48,201 nt of DNA, taken from a virus (Duplodnaviria > Caudoviricetes). Below, one piece after another: positions 46,348 to 48,201 of this stretch. The notes beneath the pieces were generated by a model. The model did not search any database. It worked only from the letters and a program-made list of their open reading frames with translations, and had not been told where the DNA came from. The stretch's first letter is position 1. Each line of letters begins with the position of its first letter. The DNA lies in the IMG/VR virus record IMGVR_UViG_3300020138_000007, positions 1-48,201 of that record, one strand, 5' to 3'. The position numbers were made by a program, and so were the translations under genes.

Positions 46348-46507
46348 AATCCTCTGTCATCATTCGGAGGTCGATGCCATCGTGGCGGCCCATAGAGGCA
46401 CCGTAGAGAGGCGTTCGCGTATTCGTAGGGAGAATGCCGTAGCCTATGGTATAATCCTCTGTGCGGCCGGATATGTGTCGTTCACAGCCTATTGGCTACT
46501 CTTCTGA
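46322..46507 (+). CDS. hypothetical protein with C-terminal TM segment
   Basis: AAGGAG RBS; AVAYGIILCAAGYVSFTAYWLLF. Confidence 0.6.
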   Translation: MRSRDPRREILCHHSEVDAIVAAHRGTVERRSRIRRENAVAYGIILCAAGYVSFTAYWLLF

Positions 46508-46560
46508 GAGGAAAAGAAATGTGTGGTGGTCCTATACTAAAACGAATGAAGGAGAATAAG

Positions 46561-46809
46561 ATGAATCCAATCAAATCTGCCGTCTCGTGGGTCATGAATG
46601 TCATCGCGAGAGACAACGAATACTGTGACGATCTTGCAATCTACAAGGGTGCAAGAATCAGGACGAAATACGGGATGGGTGAAGTCGTCGGGGGGTCATT
46701 CTCCGTGAAGCTTGACCGTCCGGTGGGAGGTCGTCATGAGAACAACCGCACATGGTCATTTAACATCGATGCAATGCGTCTAGTGGAAAAGGGTGATACG
46801 AATGCTTGA
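46561..46809 (+). CDS. hypothetical protein, SH3-like
   Basis: AAGGAG RBS; KGARIRTKYGMGEVV...SVKLD. Confidence 0.65.
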   Translation: MNPIKSAVSWVMNVIARDNEYCDDLAIYKGARIRTKYGMGEVVGGSFSVKLDRPVGGRHENNRTWSFNIDAMRLVEKGDTNA

Positions 46810-47713
46810 CCTCAACATCGAAGCTGAAAGAAAGGCTTTCGAAGAGGCTTCCTACCACGCAAGGACGATGGCGGGGACGAACTTCTGTCTCGTGATGCGT
46901 CAGGAAGATGGAAGCCTGACTGTGCATCCTCGTCCGAACCAGCCATGTCAGGGTGGAGAGATGAGGAAGTACGAGACGTCCCACCCCGGTGATTGCACTC
47001 GTCCGAACGACCCCCGTCCCAATGATCTGAAATACCCGTTTCCATCGGGAACTCCAGAGGCAGTCTCGATCCACTGGAATTCAAACTACCTTTCAGATGA
47101 GTTCTTCAACGACCTCATCGACTTCTCCCCGTACCGAAAGTTATTCACCCCTAATAGTGTCAGGAATATCTATCGGGGAGATAACTCGGTCCAAGGATCG
47201 ATCTTCCTGAACACAGATGTCGATTCGACGGCCTTCGTGAACTTCTTGCAATTCGTAGGGACTGTAGGAAATCTGAGCCGTGTCGAGAGATACTATGCCC
47301 TGCTGGATTTCGTCGAACCAGAAGAAGCCATGGCTGCACTCTATCTTGACGTGGGACAATTGAGTCAGTCTGTGCAAGGCTACCCGTATTACTTCTCGAC
47401 CTATGTTGACACTCGTCGACTTCTCGAGGGGGATTTCCGTGATCTTACCGGGGGGACACTCAGAAATAGATTCGACTACAACCGTCCAGAGGTCCAAGAC
47501 CTCTTCAAGGTCGAATATCCTACCGGAGTCAAACCCAAACCGGAAGATTCCTTCGTCTACGTCTGCCAGACCAAGGGTCTTGTGAAGACTGAAGCTATTG
47601 AATGGGGTGAAGGGAAGTACAAGACCCAATTCAGTAGACCGAAATACGACGTGAAGGAATATGCTAAAATCCTCCGTGAATTCCTACATAAGCATGAGGG
47701 GAAAAAGGCGTGA
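46802..47713 (+). CDS. hypothetical protein (about 303 aa) just upstream of the ligase cluster
   Basis: Long ORF with genome-typical codon usage. Confidence 0.8.
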   Translation: MLDLNIEAERKAFEEASYHARTMAGTNFCLVMRQEDGSLTVHPRPNQPCQGGEMRKYETSHPGDCTRPNDPRPNDLKYPFPSGTPEAVSIHWNSNYLSDEFFNDLIDFSPYRKLFTPNSVRNIYRGDNSVQGSIFLNTDVDSTAFVNFLQFVGTVGNLSRVERYYALLDFVEPEEAMAALYLDVGQLSQSVQGYPYYFSTYVDTRRLLEGDFRDLTGGTLRNRFDYNRPEVQDLFKVEYPTGVKPKPEDSFVYVCQTKGLVKTEAIEWGEGKYKTQFSRPKYDVKEYAKILREFLHKHEGKKA

Positions 47714-47799
47714 TGTCAACCTTGCAGACTGTGCTTGGGGTGATGGCTGTTTTGTTCATCCTCTCGATGATGGTAGACGGCGACGACTTTTGTGATTGA
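47713..47799 (+). CDS. 28-aa membrane micropeptide
   Basis: MSTLQTVLGVMAVLFILSMMVDGDDFCD; TGATG coupling. Confidence 0.45.
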   Translation: MSTLQTVLGVMAVLFILSMMVDGDDFCD

Positions 47800-47824
47800 T
47801 TCAAACCAAGACGAAAGGTAAAAC

Positions 47825-48201
47825 ATGGATATCTTGATCGGGACTGATCCCGAACTCTTTGTGAAGAACGACAAGGACGAATTCGTCTCTGCACATGATC
47901 TCATCCCCGGAACGAAGGACAATCCCTATCTCGTAGGCGGTGGTGCCGTCCAAGTCGATGGTGTGGCGGCGGAATTCAACACGAATCCGGCGTCGTCGGA
48001 AGATGAATTCCTTGAGAACATCAATCGTGTACGGACACGTCTTAACGAGATGGTTCAGGAAGTAAACCCTTCCTATCATCTTGTTGCCGAGCCTACCGCG
48101 ACGTTCACGAAGGAATACTTCGGGATGCTTCCGCCGGAAGCCGTCATGCTGGGGTGTACTCCCGACTACGACGCATACACCGGGAAGCAGAACATTCCAC
48201 C
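47825..48201 (+). CDS. phiEco32-like COOH-NH2 ligase type 2, 5' part (continues across the junction)
   Basis: ATG at 47825 after GAAAGG. Reads MDILIGTDPELFV...IPGTKDNP...VQVDGVAAEFNTNPA; GxDPE and QxDxVxxEFN are family motifs. Confidence 0.9.
   Translation, partial: MDILIGTDPELFVKNDKDEFVSAHDLIPGTKDNPYLVGGGAVQVDGVAAEFNTNPASSEDEFLENINRVRTRLNEMVQEVNPSYHLVAEPTATFTKEYFGMLPPEAVMLGCTPDYDAYTGKQNIP
48076..48201. repeat. 126-bp overlap with the window start
   Basis: Identical to 2-127. Confidence 0.95.

Overview
The window appears to be one complete, circularly permuted genome of a lytic podovirus of about 48.07 kb. Bases 2-127 are repeated at 48076-48201, and one gene spans that junction. It has two arms. 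The + strand arm runs about 43.9 kb -> end/start -> 19.9 kb and carries small early genes, an amidoligase/glutamine-amidotransferase/ATP-grasp cluster, primase-helicase, family A DNA polymerase, SSB, nucleases and nucleotide hydrolases. The - strand arm runs 42.5 kb -> 20 kb and carries terminase, portal, scaffold, capsid, tailspike, lysis, tail tube and ejection proteins. The arms converge on a bidirectional terminator at about 19.93 kb and diverge from a 1.4 kb non-coding region that probably holds the physical ends. I recognised no RNA polymerase, integrase, tRNA or CRISPR array. The architecture and the portal/polymerase motifs resemble Zobellviridae-type phages, and the host is probably an alphaproteobacterium (both are inferences). 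The main leads are: (1) a very complete peptide/amide-ligation operon of unknown product; (2) a hairpin-dense, possibly pseudoknotted ~500 nt non-coding leader ahead of the first early gene; (3) two paralogous AT-rich non-coding elements behind a shared promoter motif; (4) a SLOG/NDT/DUF5664/HAD nucleotide-hydrolase cassette. Family assignments come from motif recognition by eye, not from database searches.
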